DNA of 63,996 nucleotides, counting the filler, from Candidatus Woesearchaeota archaeon (GTDB lineage: Archaea > Nanobdellota > Nanobdellia > Woesearchaeales > BM511): the NCBI GenBank assembly GCA_023266675.1. It is 4 parts of 4 records of this genome, joined end to end, with 100 filler letters (N's around TTAATTAATTAA, not from the genome) between each part and the next. Parts side by side here need not be neighbours in the genome. Positions count along the whole stretch, not along the records: positions 33,091 to 49,438 come from JAHFPP010000030.1; 3 more parts are not named here. One strand, 5' to 3'. Shown one piece after another: positions 38,441 through 47,657 of this stretch; within the stretch, counting starts at the first letter, position 1; each line of letters opens with the position of its first letter. The notes beneath the pieces were generated by a model. That model did not search any database and was not told the origin of the DNA. It saw nothing but the letters and a program-made list of their open reading frames with translations. Made by a program: the position numbers and the translations under genes.

Positions 38441-39294
38441 TTTATCACAAAAGTTATTAACTTTGCCTCCAGAAGTTTAGCAGGATTATTAGGGTCTTTT
38501 ATTTTTACATCCTTAACAGAAGTAAATTTATTTGATTCTATCTCTTTTATGTCCTCTTTCGGATAAGAGAGATATTTCTCTTTTGTTAATATTGCAAAAA
38601 GATGAAATTTATTATTTTCAAGCTTGCATGAATCTTTAAAAACTTTAAGAGGGTTTTCAATGGTCCACATCCCTCTAATCCTTAATTTAGTTATTCCGAG
38701 TGGATCAACTCGCTTAACTTTGCCTAACTCTTTAGTGTCTCCCTTTTCTAAGCCGAGTGAATCAAGTGCAGAATCAATCTCTTTTTTTATTGGTTGATAA
38801 ACCTTTTCATAAACTGAATGGTCTGCTGCATAACATGTGCCATGAACAAAAAAGATATAATTTACAACTCCCTTTTTTGCATTTCCTATTACATAAAATA
38901 ATTCTTTTTCTATCCAATTCCCATTATCACATTTTTTACAGTCAGCTGTTATTCTAATATCCTTAGCAAGTAACTTATCTTTTGGTGATGAACTATTTAA
39001 TGATAAGTCACTTTTCAAGCTTTCAATTTTTTTAATTTCAAAAGCATCACTATTTTTTATAATAATGTCTGGCGGATGGTTCTGGTTTCCAAGCCATGAA
39101 AAAACTTTTAAGTATTCCTCTTCTTTTTTATTTTGTGGAAGTCTAAATGATGATGCAATAGCATCTTTTATGTAAAACTCTAATTGTTCTCCAGTCGCAT
39201 TAATCCTAATTAAATAAGTAGAAGCATAGCTTTTCAGATCATTATTTTTATATGAAGCGATATTCAATATTGCCCTTAAAATGTTATTACCCAT
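38437..39294 (-). CDS. Type II restriction endonuclease, NgoPII-like
   Basis: GNQNHPPD..EIKK (PD-D/ExK), LNSS, VDPLGITKLRIRGMW; ATGA overlap with MTase. Confidence 0.85.
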   Translation of the reverse strand: MGNNILRAILNIASYKNNDLKSYASTYLIRINATGEQLEFYIKDAIASSFRLPQNKKEEEYLKVFSWLGNQNHPPDIIIKNSDAFEIKKIESLKSDLSLNSSSPKDKLLAKDIRITADCKKCDNGNWIEKELFYVIGNAKKGVVNYIFFVHGTCYAADHSVYEKVYQPIKKEIDSALDSLGLEKGDTKELGKVKRVDPLGITKLRIRGMWTIENPLKVFKDSCKLENNKFHLFAILTKEKYLSYPKEDIKEIESNKFTSVKDVKIKDPNNPAKLLEAKLITFVIK

Positions 39295-39452
39295 ATCTCC
39301 CACGTTACATAGTATATATTATAGATGTTTATAATGTTTCTCTTTTTAAACTTCGCGGTCACATATGTCCAATTGTCCAGTGCTAAAGATTAATAATTTT
39401 TCTCCTCCAACTCGCAACAACCTTTATAAATTTCTATTCAATTCCTTCACTC

Positions 39453-40022
39453 ATGAATGACCCTAAAGTTGCTTTGTTTGATATGGACGGAACGCTGTGT
39501 GATTATGTGGGCTCGTTAAAGAGAGATCTTGAGAAACTTAGAGCGCCAGACGAAGCCATAGTAGACCCGTTTAAAGTTAATGGTCCGCAGTACCAACATA
39601 TATGGAATCGGATGGACCTTATTAAGGCTGATGAAAAATGGTGGGCAAACCTGCCAAAGCTTCAGTTGGGATATGATGTTCTAAAAATGACAAATAAGCT
39701 TGGATATTATAATGAAGTATTAACTCAGGGGCCAAAGAAAAATCCTGCAGCACTCGCAGGAAAACTTACATGGCTCATTAACAACATTGAGGAAGATATT
39801 GACTATACAATGACACGAAACAAGGGAAGGCATTACGGACGTGTACTTGTGGATGATTTTCCTGATTACGCGCTTACGTGGCTTACGCACCGAAAAAACG
39901 GCCTAGTAATAATGCCATCCAATGAATACAACGCAGGATTTAAGCATCCGCAGGTTATACTCTACAACGGAAGAAATAAAGAGGAAGTAAGAGATGGACT
40001 AGTTGACGCATTGAATAGATAA
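39453..40022 (+). CDS. HAD-family 5'(3')-deoxyribonucleotidase-like protein
   Basis: LFDMDGTLCDY, GK..W, VLVDD. Confidence 0.75.
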   Translation: MNDPKVALFDMDGTLCDYVGSLKRDLEKLRAPDEAIVDPFKVNGPQYQHIWNRMDLIKADEKWWANLPKLQLGYDVLKMTNKLGYYNEVLTQGPKKNPAALAGKLTWLINNIEEDIDYTMTRNKGRHYGRVLVDDFPDYALTWLTHRKNGLVIMPSNEYNAGFKHPQVILYNGRNKEEVRDGLVDALNR

Positions 40023-40053
40023 GTTTTAAATATAATCCAAACAGAGTGTGATT

Positions 40054-40203
40054 ATGAAAGATTTAAAATATGCAAATATTGCAGTATTCGTAATATTTTT
40101 TGGAATAGCATTAATAGAAGCATTGAAAAATCAGAATTGGTTTGAAGCATTGCTTTTTCTAGCTTTAGGCATACTTTCTCTTTGGGCTGATTTTAAGAAA
40201 TAA
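40054..40203 (+). CDS. Small two-TM protein (49 aa)
   Basis: MKDLKYANIAVFVIFFGIALIEALKNQNWFEALLFLALGILSLWADFKK; TATA-like element upstream. Confidence 0.6.
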   Translation: MKDLKYANIAVFVIFFGIALIEALKNQNWFEALLFLALGILSLWADFKK

Positions 40204-40320
40204 TTGATTATGTTTTTTCTTAACATTATCTTTGACTTTTCCCTTGAGCAATTAAAAATTAAATTCTGCTAAATTATCAAATCCAAAAGATTAATATATT
40301 TATTTTAAAAAAGGAGATGC

Positions 40321-40719
40321 ATGATAAAAGTTGGATTAGAGTTATCTTACAAAACAGATAGAGCCGATGATGAACAAAGATTAATAGCAGAAATTGACGT
40401 CAATGGAAACGGGTCGTTTATTGGCGGTGGATATTATCCAAATTTAGGCACCAAACATTTATTGAGAGGATATGTTAGAAAGGATGACAACCTTGAAAGA
40501 TTATTATTCCTACTTTTCCCTGAAAGCACAAATTTGGCAGATACTCTTTTTAGTTTTGAGAGAGAAGGAAAAGATTCAATAGAAGGAGAGTATTCTGGGA
40601 GATGGAATATTATTCCTTTCAAAGTAAGGTTTGACAATGCCAACGGATTATTTTTAGCCTCAAAAAATTTTTATAGCGGACTTGGAGACGCTGCAAAAGT
40701 CAGAGTTTATCGTCAATAA
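40321..40719 (+). CDS. Hypothetical beta-rich protein
   Basis: AGGAG upstream; 132-aa ORF. Confidence 0.55.
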   Translation: MIKVGLELSYKTDRADDEQRLIAEIDVNGNGSFIGGGYYPNLGTKHLLRGYVRKDDNLERLLFLLFPESTNLADTLFSFEREGKDSIEGEYSGRWNIIPFKVRFDNANGLFLASKNFYSGLGDAAKVRVYRQ

Positions 40720-40771
40720 AAAATCTAAAATAGAAAGCTTTTTAAGAAGTTTATAATCTCAAAAAAACAGG

Positions 40772-41899
40772 ATGGGAAAAGTTGCTAAATTAATTGTTTT
40801 TATACCAAAAGAAACGTTGGAAAATGAAACCAGGGTTTCAGCAACACCAGATACTATCAAAGCATTAATCCAGTGTGGTGTAGATGTTGTCGTTGAAAAA
40901 GGAGCAGGAAACAGCTCATCAATTTCTGACGATGATTTTAAAAAAAGCGGCGCAGAAATAAATGAGAAATTCTTCCATGACGCAGACATCATAATCTCTG
41001 TAAACCCTTTGACAAACCCACAAATAAACACAATTAAAGAAAGCTGCGTATGTGTCTCATTTTTGGATATTTTTTCGACACACGAGATAATAAGCGCGGC
41101 AGCTGAGAAGAGGATAACTTATTTCTCAATGAACCTTATTCCACGGATTTCGCGCGCGCAAAAAATGGACGCTCTCTCTTCACAGACAAACATTGCAGGA
41201 TATAAGGCAGTAATAATGGCTGCAAATGAATTGCCAAAAATATTCCCGTTGATGATGACAGCAGCTGGAACTTTGCACCCTGCAAAAGTTGTCGTGCTTG
41301 GCGTTGGAGTCGCCGGACTTCAGGCAATAGCCACAGCAAAAAGGCTTGGCGCAGTTGTTGAAGCGTCAGACGTGCGGCCATCAGTAAAAGAGCAGGTTTT
41401 AAGCCTTGGCGCAAAGTTCATTGAAGTTCCTTTTGACAAGGATTCAGAAAGCAAGGATGGATACGCAAATGGAGCGTCAGAAAAATTTTTGAAAAAACAG
41501 GCTGAGGAAGTAAGTAAAAGGATAGCTGCTGCAGATATTGTGATATGTACCGCTCTTGTTCCTGGCAAAAAAGCGCCAGTATTAATCAGTAAAGAAATGG
41601 TAAAGTCAATGAAAAGCGGCTCAGTCATCGTTGACATGGCAGCAGTTCAGGGCGGTAACTGTGAACTAACCGAAACTGATAAAATTTCAACTCATCACGG
41701 CGTGAAGATAATTGGCGTGACAAATATTGCAGCAACAGTGCCTGTGCATTCTACGCAGATGTACTCAAAGAATATTTTAGAGTTTTTACAATGCATAATT
41801 AGCGCAGGAAAATTAAATATTGATTTGAAGGACGAGATAATATCAGCGGCAATTGTCACACACGATGGAAAAATAAAAAATGAGAAGGCGCTAAAATGA
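40772..41899 (+). CDS. pntA: NAD(P) transhydrogenase alpha subunit, domain I (PntAA)
   Basis: IPKE..ETRVSATP, PRISRAQKMDALSSQ, GVGVAGLQA, GGNCE. Confidence 0.95.
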   Translation: MGKVAKLIVFIPKETLENETRVSATPDTIKALIQCGVDVVVEKGAGNSSSISDDDFKKSGAEINEKFFHDADIIISVNPLTNPQINTIKESCVCVSFLDIFSTHEIISAAAEKRITYFSMNLIPRISRAQKMDALSSQTNIAGYKAVIMAANELPKIFPLMMTAAGTLHPAKVVVLGVGVAGLQAIATAKRLGAVVEASDVRPSVKEQVLSLGAKFIEVPFDKDSESKDGYANGASEKFLKKQAEEVSKRIAAADIVICTALVPGKKAPVLISKEMVKSMKSGSVIVDMAAVQGGNCELTETDKISTHHGVKIIGVTNIAATVPVHSTQMYSKNILEFLQCIISAGKLNIDLKDEIISAAIVTHDGKIKNEKALK

Positions 41900-42198
41900 T
41901 TGAATCAACATCAGCGGATATCATAACAAACATCATGATATTTGCGCTCGCATCGCTTTTAGGGTTAGAGCTAATCAAACACGTCTCAAGACTTCTTCAC
42001 ACGCCGTTAATGTCGCTAACTAACGCCATCTCATCAGTAGCAATAGTCGCTGCACTAATTGTGATGTCTTACGCTAACACAACTCTAACAATAACGCTAG
42101 CAGCTGTAGCAATCGCTTGCGCGGCAACTAACGCAATTGGTGGATTCATGATAACTGAAAGAATACTAAAGATGTTTAGAAAGGACGGCAAAAAATGA
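41896..42198 (+). CDS. pntAB: NAD(P) transhydrogenase alpha subunit, membrane part (PntAB)
   Basis: LHTPLMSLTNAISS, NAIGGFMITERILKMF. Confidence 0.95.
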   Translation: MIESTSADIITNIMIFALASLLGLELIKHVSRLLHTPLMSLTNAISSVAIVAALIVMSYANTTLTITLAAVAIACAATNAIGGFMITERILKMFRKDGKK

Positions 42199-43580
42199 TA
42201 GCTGAATCACTAATCCAGATTATTTATATTATCTCTGCAATACTTTTTACGCTCTCAATAAAATGGATGAGCGAGGTAAAAACTTCAAGAAGAGGAAACT
42301 TCTCTGCAGCAATAGGCATGATTCTTGCAGTCATCGCAACAATTCTTGCTGTTGGCACAAATCATTATGAGTTGACAATTGTCGCAGTTGTGATTGGTGG
42401 AATATTTGGCGCTGCTATGGCAATGAAGATGCCAATGACTGCAATACCTCAGCGAACAGCGATATCACACGCATTTGGAGCGCTTGCAGCAGCACTCGTT
42501 GGCGCAGCAGAGTTCTTTTACAACACTCCAAGCATCGACACGTTCACAATGAGCATACTTTCAATTGAAGTCATACTGGGATTCTTAACTTTCACAGGAA
42601 GCATCGTGGCTTTCTTAAAACTTCAGGAATTAATTTCAGGACGACCAATAATTTATCCTGCGCGAAAAACCATAAGCTTCCTTGTTTTTGGAGGAGCATT
42701 ATTAAGCGCAATATTATTAATAATAAATCCCGGAAACCAAACATTGTTTTTGATAATGGGAGCGCTTTCATTGGTATTTGGAGTGATTCTTGTGATAGCA
42801 ATTGGCGGCGCAGACATGCCAACAGTGATTGCAATACTAAACTCATTTGCAGGACTCTCAGCAGCAGGCCTTGGATTTGTATTAAACAACAAACTCTTGA
42901 TTGTTGCCGGCGCAATTGATGGTTCTTCAGGACTCATACTTGCAATACTCATGTGCAAAGCAATGAACCGCTCGTTTACAAATGTGCTATTTGGCGGATT
43001 TGGAAATATACAAAAATCAAAGGCAGGAAAAAACGCCGTTGAAAGAAATATAAAATCAATGGTAGCTGAAGAAGCAGCGCCTCTCTTGTCTTATGCTAAA
43101 TCAGTTATAATAATTCCTGGGTACGGCATGGCAGTAGCGCAGGCTCAGCACGCGTCAAAGGATTTAATGGACTCACTTGAAGAAAAAGGCGTCAAGGTAA
43201 ACTTTGCAATACATCCCGTTGCTGGACGAATGCCAGGACATATGAACGTGCTTTTGGCAGAAGCTGATGTTCCTTATGAAAAGCTTAAAGAAATGGATGA
43301 AATAAACAGCGACTTTAAGCACACTGACGTTGTAATAGTTGTTGGTGCAAATGATATTGTCAATCCGGCTGCAACGCACAACAGAGCTAGCCCGATATAC
43401 GGCATGCCGATACTCAAAGCGTATGAAGCAAAAATGATTATAATGATAAAAAGAAGCCCCGGTGGACTTGGATTCTCAGGCATTGACAACGAGCTTTTCT
43501 GGCATAAAAATACCACAATGGTTTATGGCGACGCAAAAGAAGTCATAAACAAGTTAGTGCAGAATATTAAGGAAAATTAG
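42195..43580 (+). CDS. pntB: NAD(P) transhydrogenase beta subunit
   Basis: IGGADMP, PGYGMAVAQAQ, HPVAGRMPGHMNVLLAEA. Confidence 0.97.
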   Translation: MIAESLIQIIYIISAILFTLSIKWMSEVKTSRRGNFSAAIGMILAVIATILAVGTNHYELTIVAVVIGGIFGAAMAMKMPMTAIPQRTAISHAFGALAAALVGAAEFFYNTPSIDTFTMSILSIEVILGFLTFTGSIVAFLKLQELISGRPIIYPARKTISFLVFGGALLSAILLIINPGNQTLFLIMGALSLVFGVILVIAIGGADMPTVIAILNSFAGLSAAGLGFVLNNKLLIVAGAIDGSSGLILAILMCKAMNRSFTNVLFGGFGNIQKSKAGKNAVERNIKSMVAEEAAPLLSYAKSVIIIPGYGMAVAQAQHASKDLMDSLEEKGVKVNFAIHPVAGRMPGHMNVLLAEADVPYEKLKEMDEINSDFKHTDVVIVVGANDIVNPAATHNRASPIYGMPILKAYEAKMIIMIKRSPGGLGFSGIDNELFWHKNTTMVYGDAKEVINKLVQNIKEN

Positions 43581-43665
43581 ATGCAAATGATTTTTTTATA
43601 GTATAAGTGAGTGTCTAACTTAATTTTTCAAAAAGTTTATTAACCAATAACTCCAAAAAGAGGTT

Positions 43666-44115
43666 ATGGAATCAAAAAAGAGGGAAAACAACCTAGTTCC
43701 AGTTCTTGTGGCAATAGTTGCCCTAATATCATTATCTATCTGGTATCATTACCTTGGAGACTACGCAATAAAAAGGGTTGATGCTGTTCTTGGCGTTGAA
43801 AACTCACTTAAAATTGATGATATAGTTATAGAGAAGGGATTTAAGGATATAGGTGGAATTAAGATGCCTGAGATAAAAATTAGCTATACAACGTCAAAAC
43901 CATCTGAATCATATATTCAAGTTGATGATATTCAGTCGCACCTGACAATATCCAAAACATTCTCAAAAACAATAACGCTTAGCAGGGATTTCTTTGGAAA
44001 AACTGTTGAAGTGAAAATCTATGCAAGGGATGCTGAAGGAAAAGAGGCTGTTATGTACAGAAATATATCAATTCCAACAAATATTGACCCTGTTATAACC
44101 ATATTAAACAGCTAA
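43666..44115 (+). CDS. Membrane-anchored hypothetical protein, beta-sandwich-like
   Basis: N-terminal TM followed by beta-strand-rich region. Confidence 0.6.
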   Translation: MESKKRENNLVPVLVAIVALISLSIWYHYLGDYAIKRVDAVLGVENSLKIDDIVIEKGFKDIGGIKMPEIKISYTTSKPSESYIQVDDIQSHLTISKTFSKTITLSRDFFGKTVEVKIYARDAEGKEAVMYRNISIPTNIDPVITILNS

Positions 44116-44146
44116 AATTTAAATAGAACACGATTTTCTCAATTTT

Positions 44147-44806
44147 ATGAAGCTGTTACACATAGAAGCAAGAAGCGACAAGGTTATTGTACTTCCGAAA
44201 GTTTTCATAGATTCACTACCTAAAACAGTGGCTCTTTTCACAACCGTTCAGTTCCTTGATAATGTTGCGTCAATAATTAAAAGTATAGAGGATACTGGAC
44301 GAAGAGTGGTAAAGATTAAGCCAAGACACTGCGTTTATGAGTGCCAGATACTTGGATGCTCAATTGAAAAGTTTAATCAGGAGTTTGATTCATTTTTGTA
44401 TGTAGGAGACGGATATTTCCACCCAAAAGCGCTGCTACTAAAAAACGACAAGTCAGTGTTTATATATAATCCGTTCTCAGAAAAGCATTTTGAATTTGAC
44501 CGCTCAGAAATGGATGCCCTTGCACGAAAAGAAAAAGGCGCCATACTAAAGTTTCATTCGTCAAAAGAGATAGGTGTTTTATTGACGATTAAACCAGGAC
44601 AGTTTTTGATAAAAGAGGCCAATGCTTTGAAGGCGAAGTTTCCTGAGAAGAATTTTTATTTCCTTGTTTCAAATATAATAGACTTTAACTCGCTTGAAGA
44701 CTTTCCGTTTGTAGAGGTTTTTGTAAACACTGCATGCCCAAGAATAGCGTTTGACGACAGCATAAAGCTTCCAAAGCCGGTTGTTTTTGTAGAAGATTTA
44801 CTGTAG
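44147..44806 (+). CDS. dph2: Diphthamide biosynthesis protein Dph2 (short form)
   Basis: TTVQF, QILGC, YVGDGYFH, KPGQ, NTACPRIAFDD. Confidence 0.88.
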   Translation: MKLLHIEARSDKVIVLPKVFIDSLPKTVALFTTVQFLDNVASIIKSIEDTGRRVVKIKPRHCVYECQILGCSIEKFNQEFDSFLYVGDGYFHPKALLLKNDKSVFIYNPFSEKHFEFDRSEMDALARKEKGAILKFHSSKEIGVLLTIKPGQFLIKEANALKAKFPEKNFYFLVSNIIDFNSLEDFPFVEVFVNTACPRIAFDDSIKLPKPVVFVEDLL

Positions 44807-44839
44807 AATAATATTAAGTTCTAACAAATTAGAGAATTA

Positions 44840-45304
44840 TTATAAATGATAATCAAGTCCTTTTCTTTGGCGTAAATGCTCAAATAAGTGGCAGTCTATC
44901 TCGCTATATCCGAAAAGTCCTTTGTCAAGTCCAACATGGTATCTGTCTCGCCTATGCCTTTCGTTTTTTAATATTTCAGGAGTAATAGGTTCAAGATCTA
45001 GAAAAGGAGTTTGTTTTTCGTCTATTCTAAATGGACCATGGTTATCTGTTTCAAGATGAAGATATACATTACCTCCCATAAAATCACGTGAGAGTGTTGG
45101 ATGGTTGCCGAGGTATCCGCAGGACACTAGTTTTCCTTTTTTTGTTGATAAAGCGATAAATCCGTAATATTCTCCTTCAGGATTTTTTAATTCTCCTGTC
45201 TGAAGTCTTGAATCTTCAAGACGGGTTGTGGATTTATGTCTCATTAAATCAAGTTTTACACCCATCTCGTCAGAGAGTTTTTGAACAACTTCGTTGATAT
45301 CCAT
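44840..45304 (-). CDS. Hypothetical protein
   Basis: 154-aa ORF with TATA-like element upstream. Confidence 0.55.
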   Translation of the reverse strand: MDINEVVQKLSDEMGVKLDLMRHKSTTRLEDSRLQTGELKNPEGEYYGFIALSTKKGKLVSCGYLGNHPTLSRDFMGGNVYLHLETDNHGPFRIDEKQTPFLDLEPITPEILKNERHRRDRYHVGLDKGLFGYSEIDCHLFEHLRQRKGLDYHL

Positions 45305-45481
45305 AGAGATTAAGTGTAATCTTTTGAGTATATAAATCTTTCGGTATTTGACACCATTTAGTAGTAATAAAGAGATAGCTTTATCAAGATGGTGCTATAA
45401 AAACAACAAAGCTCATCGGATTTACTATAATATAAAACTTTCGAAAAAAACAGATAAGAGAACATTAAGAAAAGATCATAG

Positions 45482-47605
45482 TTATTTTTTATCCTCAAGC
45501 GTTGCATTTTTTACAATCAGTTTTGCAGTGTTTTCATTTTCTTCAATGATTTCACTCTCGTTTATAATCAATTTTTTAGAAAAAATCGGGCAGTCAATAA
45601 CCAGACTCTCAAATTCTCCACCCTCTCCAGCCACATTAAGTTTGTATTTTTTATTGAGCAAAACCAATTTTTCAATTTCTTTTTCAGTGATAATTTTTCC
45701 AAGCCATGATTTATCAAGTCCGTACGCTGCAACTGATGAGAGGATAAATTCAAACTTTTCTTTGAGCAGCTCTCGCATCTCAGTTTCCTGGTCTTTGTGC
45801 CAAAGTGGCGAAAAGACAGGAAGCGCAAGTTCATCGCAAATCTTTTCAATTCTTTCACGCTGATAATTTGAAAACAATGCACCTGTGACAACCCCTTCAA
45901 TATGATATTTTTCCTTGGCTTTTTGAATTGCTTTTTTTAAATCAAGAAGTTCTGTTTCTTTCTTTCCGCTAGTTTTCTGCTCAACAAGTGGATAACCCAT
46001 AGATTTTGCCTGCAAGGATGCCAAGTCAATGTTTGGCGTGTGAAACATAAAAGAATCCTTGTTCTCGCTTTTGATTGTTATTAAACATGATATCTCATAA
46101 TTCCTTTTTTTCATGATGTACGTTGCATATGTTGAATCTTTTCCTGATGAGAAAAGAACACCGAGTTTTTTGTTTGGACGATTTAAAAACGTGTTAAGAT
46201 AATCGGATTTGAAATTGAAATTTTTTCGGCGCGAAAGCTTGTCAATTGCCTTGTCAAATCCTGAGCCGTACTGCGCTGCTTTTTTTGGACGCCACGCAAA
46301 ATGTTTTGGAATATCAAATATCTCTTCTGCAACCTCACGAAGTATTGCTTTTTTCTCGTGAGTAATTTTGTATTTTCCTGGAATCTTTAGCGAGTATGCT
46401 GCCAGTTCCAAATCGAGGTATGGAAGGCGAAGCTCAATGTTGTTTGCCATTGTTATGACGTCGTCCCTGTAAAGGTCACGCTCATGAAGCTGCAGTAGGC
46501 CATGAAGGCACTCCTTGTTTAATTCATGGCTTTTCTCGTGCCGCTTATATCCTGCAAACAGTTCCTCGCTTCCAAGACCTGAGAATATTACTTTTACTCC
46601 ATCCTCTTTTGCACGCTCGCACGCTATAAAAAAAGGGAGTGATACGCCTGCCTTTACAACGTTTGAATCCTCAATTAATGGAATTATTTTTTTTAAGTAT
46701 GAATCAACTTCGTCAAGCGAGACAGTTTTTACCTTTAGCTTAAACCCGATTTCCCGCGAGGCTTTTCTTGCCCAGATAAGGTCGTCAGATTTTTTCACTC
46801 CTTTTTCCTTAAGCGCCGCCGTGTAGCATGTAAAATTGACGCCAAGAGATTTCAGTGTCTTTGCAATTACAACTGAGTCTATTCCTCCTGAAAACAGCAC
46901 CCCAACTTTTCTGTCAGGTACTCTTTTGGCAACAGAGTTTATGATTAATCCTGAAAGCTCTTTTTTAATCTCCTCTTTCTCTTTTTTTGTTTCAGGAGTT
47001 ATTTCAAAAAAGTCTCTTCGTGATTCAATTATTTTTCCTGTCTTTAGATTGTATTCAAGAACAGTCCTTGGATTCAGTTCTTCAATATTTATGAACCCCT
47101 GTTTTAGAAGCGCCTTTTTCTCTGACGCAAACGCAAATGAGTCTTTGGTTTTAACAGTCCACAATGGTTTTTCGCCAATTAAGTCTCGTGCTAAGATTAC
47201 TTTTTCCTTTGTTTGGTATGCGAGTGCATAAGGTCCGTCAAATTCTTTAATTGCAGCTATACTGAGTTTATCAAAGAGTTTTAAAACAAGTTCTGCATCG
47301 TTTTTTGCTTTAATATTGTGTTTTTTGCAAAGTTCTTCCCAATTGTATATCTCGCAGTTTATCACAAGAACACCGTTTTGTTTTAACGGCTGCTTTATGT
47401 TTTTTACAATAGCGTGAAGGCAGTGTCCTAACACATTTTTTGAACTGTTTCCTTTTGGAAGTTTTGACAATTCAACATCACTGATAACCTGTTTTCCATC
47501 ATAAAATCCGTATCCGTCGCGTCCTCTTTCCTGCATTGTTTTTAAACCGTCAAGGACTATACTATAAGCATTGAGGTGGTTAAAGACACCTATTATTCCG
47601 CACAT
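45482..47605 (-). CDS. Fusion: asparagine synthetase B-like (Ntn amidotransferase + ATP pyrophosphatase) and diphthine-ammonia ligase Dph6
   Basis: MCGIIG N-terminal Cys, ARD..GEKPL, FSGGIDS, SGLGSEELFAGY; C-terminal FSSGKDS, SFMFH, PLW, GEGGEFES. Confidence 0.9.
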   Translation of the reverse strand: MCGIIGVFNHLNAYSIVLDGLKTMQERGRDGYGFYDGKQVISDVELSKLPKGNSSKNVLGHCLHAIVKNIKQPLKQNGVLVINCEIYNWEELCKKHNIKAKNDAELVLKLFDKLSIAAIKEFDGPYALAYQTKEKVILARDLIGEKPLWTVKTKDSFAFASEKKALLKQGFINIEELNPRTVLEYNLKTGKIIESRRDFFEITPETKKEKEEIKKELSGLIINSVAKRVPDRKVGVLFSGGIDSVVIAKTLKSLGVNFTCYTAALKEKGVKKSDDLIWARKASREIGFKLKVKTVSLDEVDSYLKKIIPLIEDSNVVKAGVSLPFFIACERAKEDGVKVIFSGLGSEELFAGYKRHEKSHELNKECLHGLLQLHERDLYRDDVITMANNIELRLPYLDLELAAYSLKIPGKYKITHEKKAILREVAEEIFDIPKHFAWRPKKAAQYGSGFDKAIDKLSRRKNFNFKSDYLNTFLNRPNKKLGVLFSSGKDSTYATYIMKKRNYEISCLITIKSENKDSFMFHTPNIDLASLQAKSMGYPLVEQKTSGKKETELLDLKKAIQKAKEKYHIEGVVTGALFSNYQRERIEKICDELALPVFSPLWHKDQETEMRELLKEKFEFILSSVAAYGLDKSWLGKIITEKEIEKLVLLNKKYKLNVAGEGGEFESLVIDCPIFSKKLIINESEIIEENENTAKLIVKNATLEDKK

Positions 47606-47657
47606 AACTTAGAGGTTAGCAGTATAATTTTTAAATATATCCTTATTCTTTGCGACT

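Noticed and set aside
40772..41899. Alanine dehydrogenase as an alternative call
   Set aside because: The RISRAQKMD motif and adjacent pntAB/pntB identify transhydrogenase domain I
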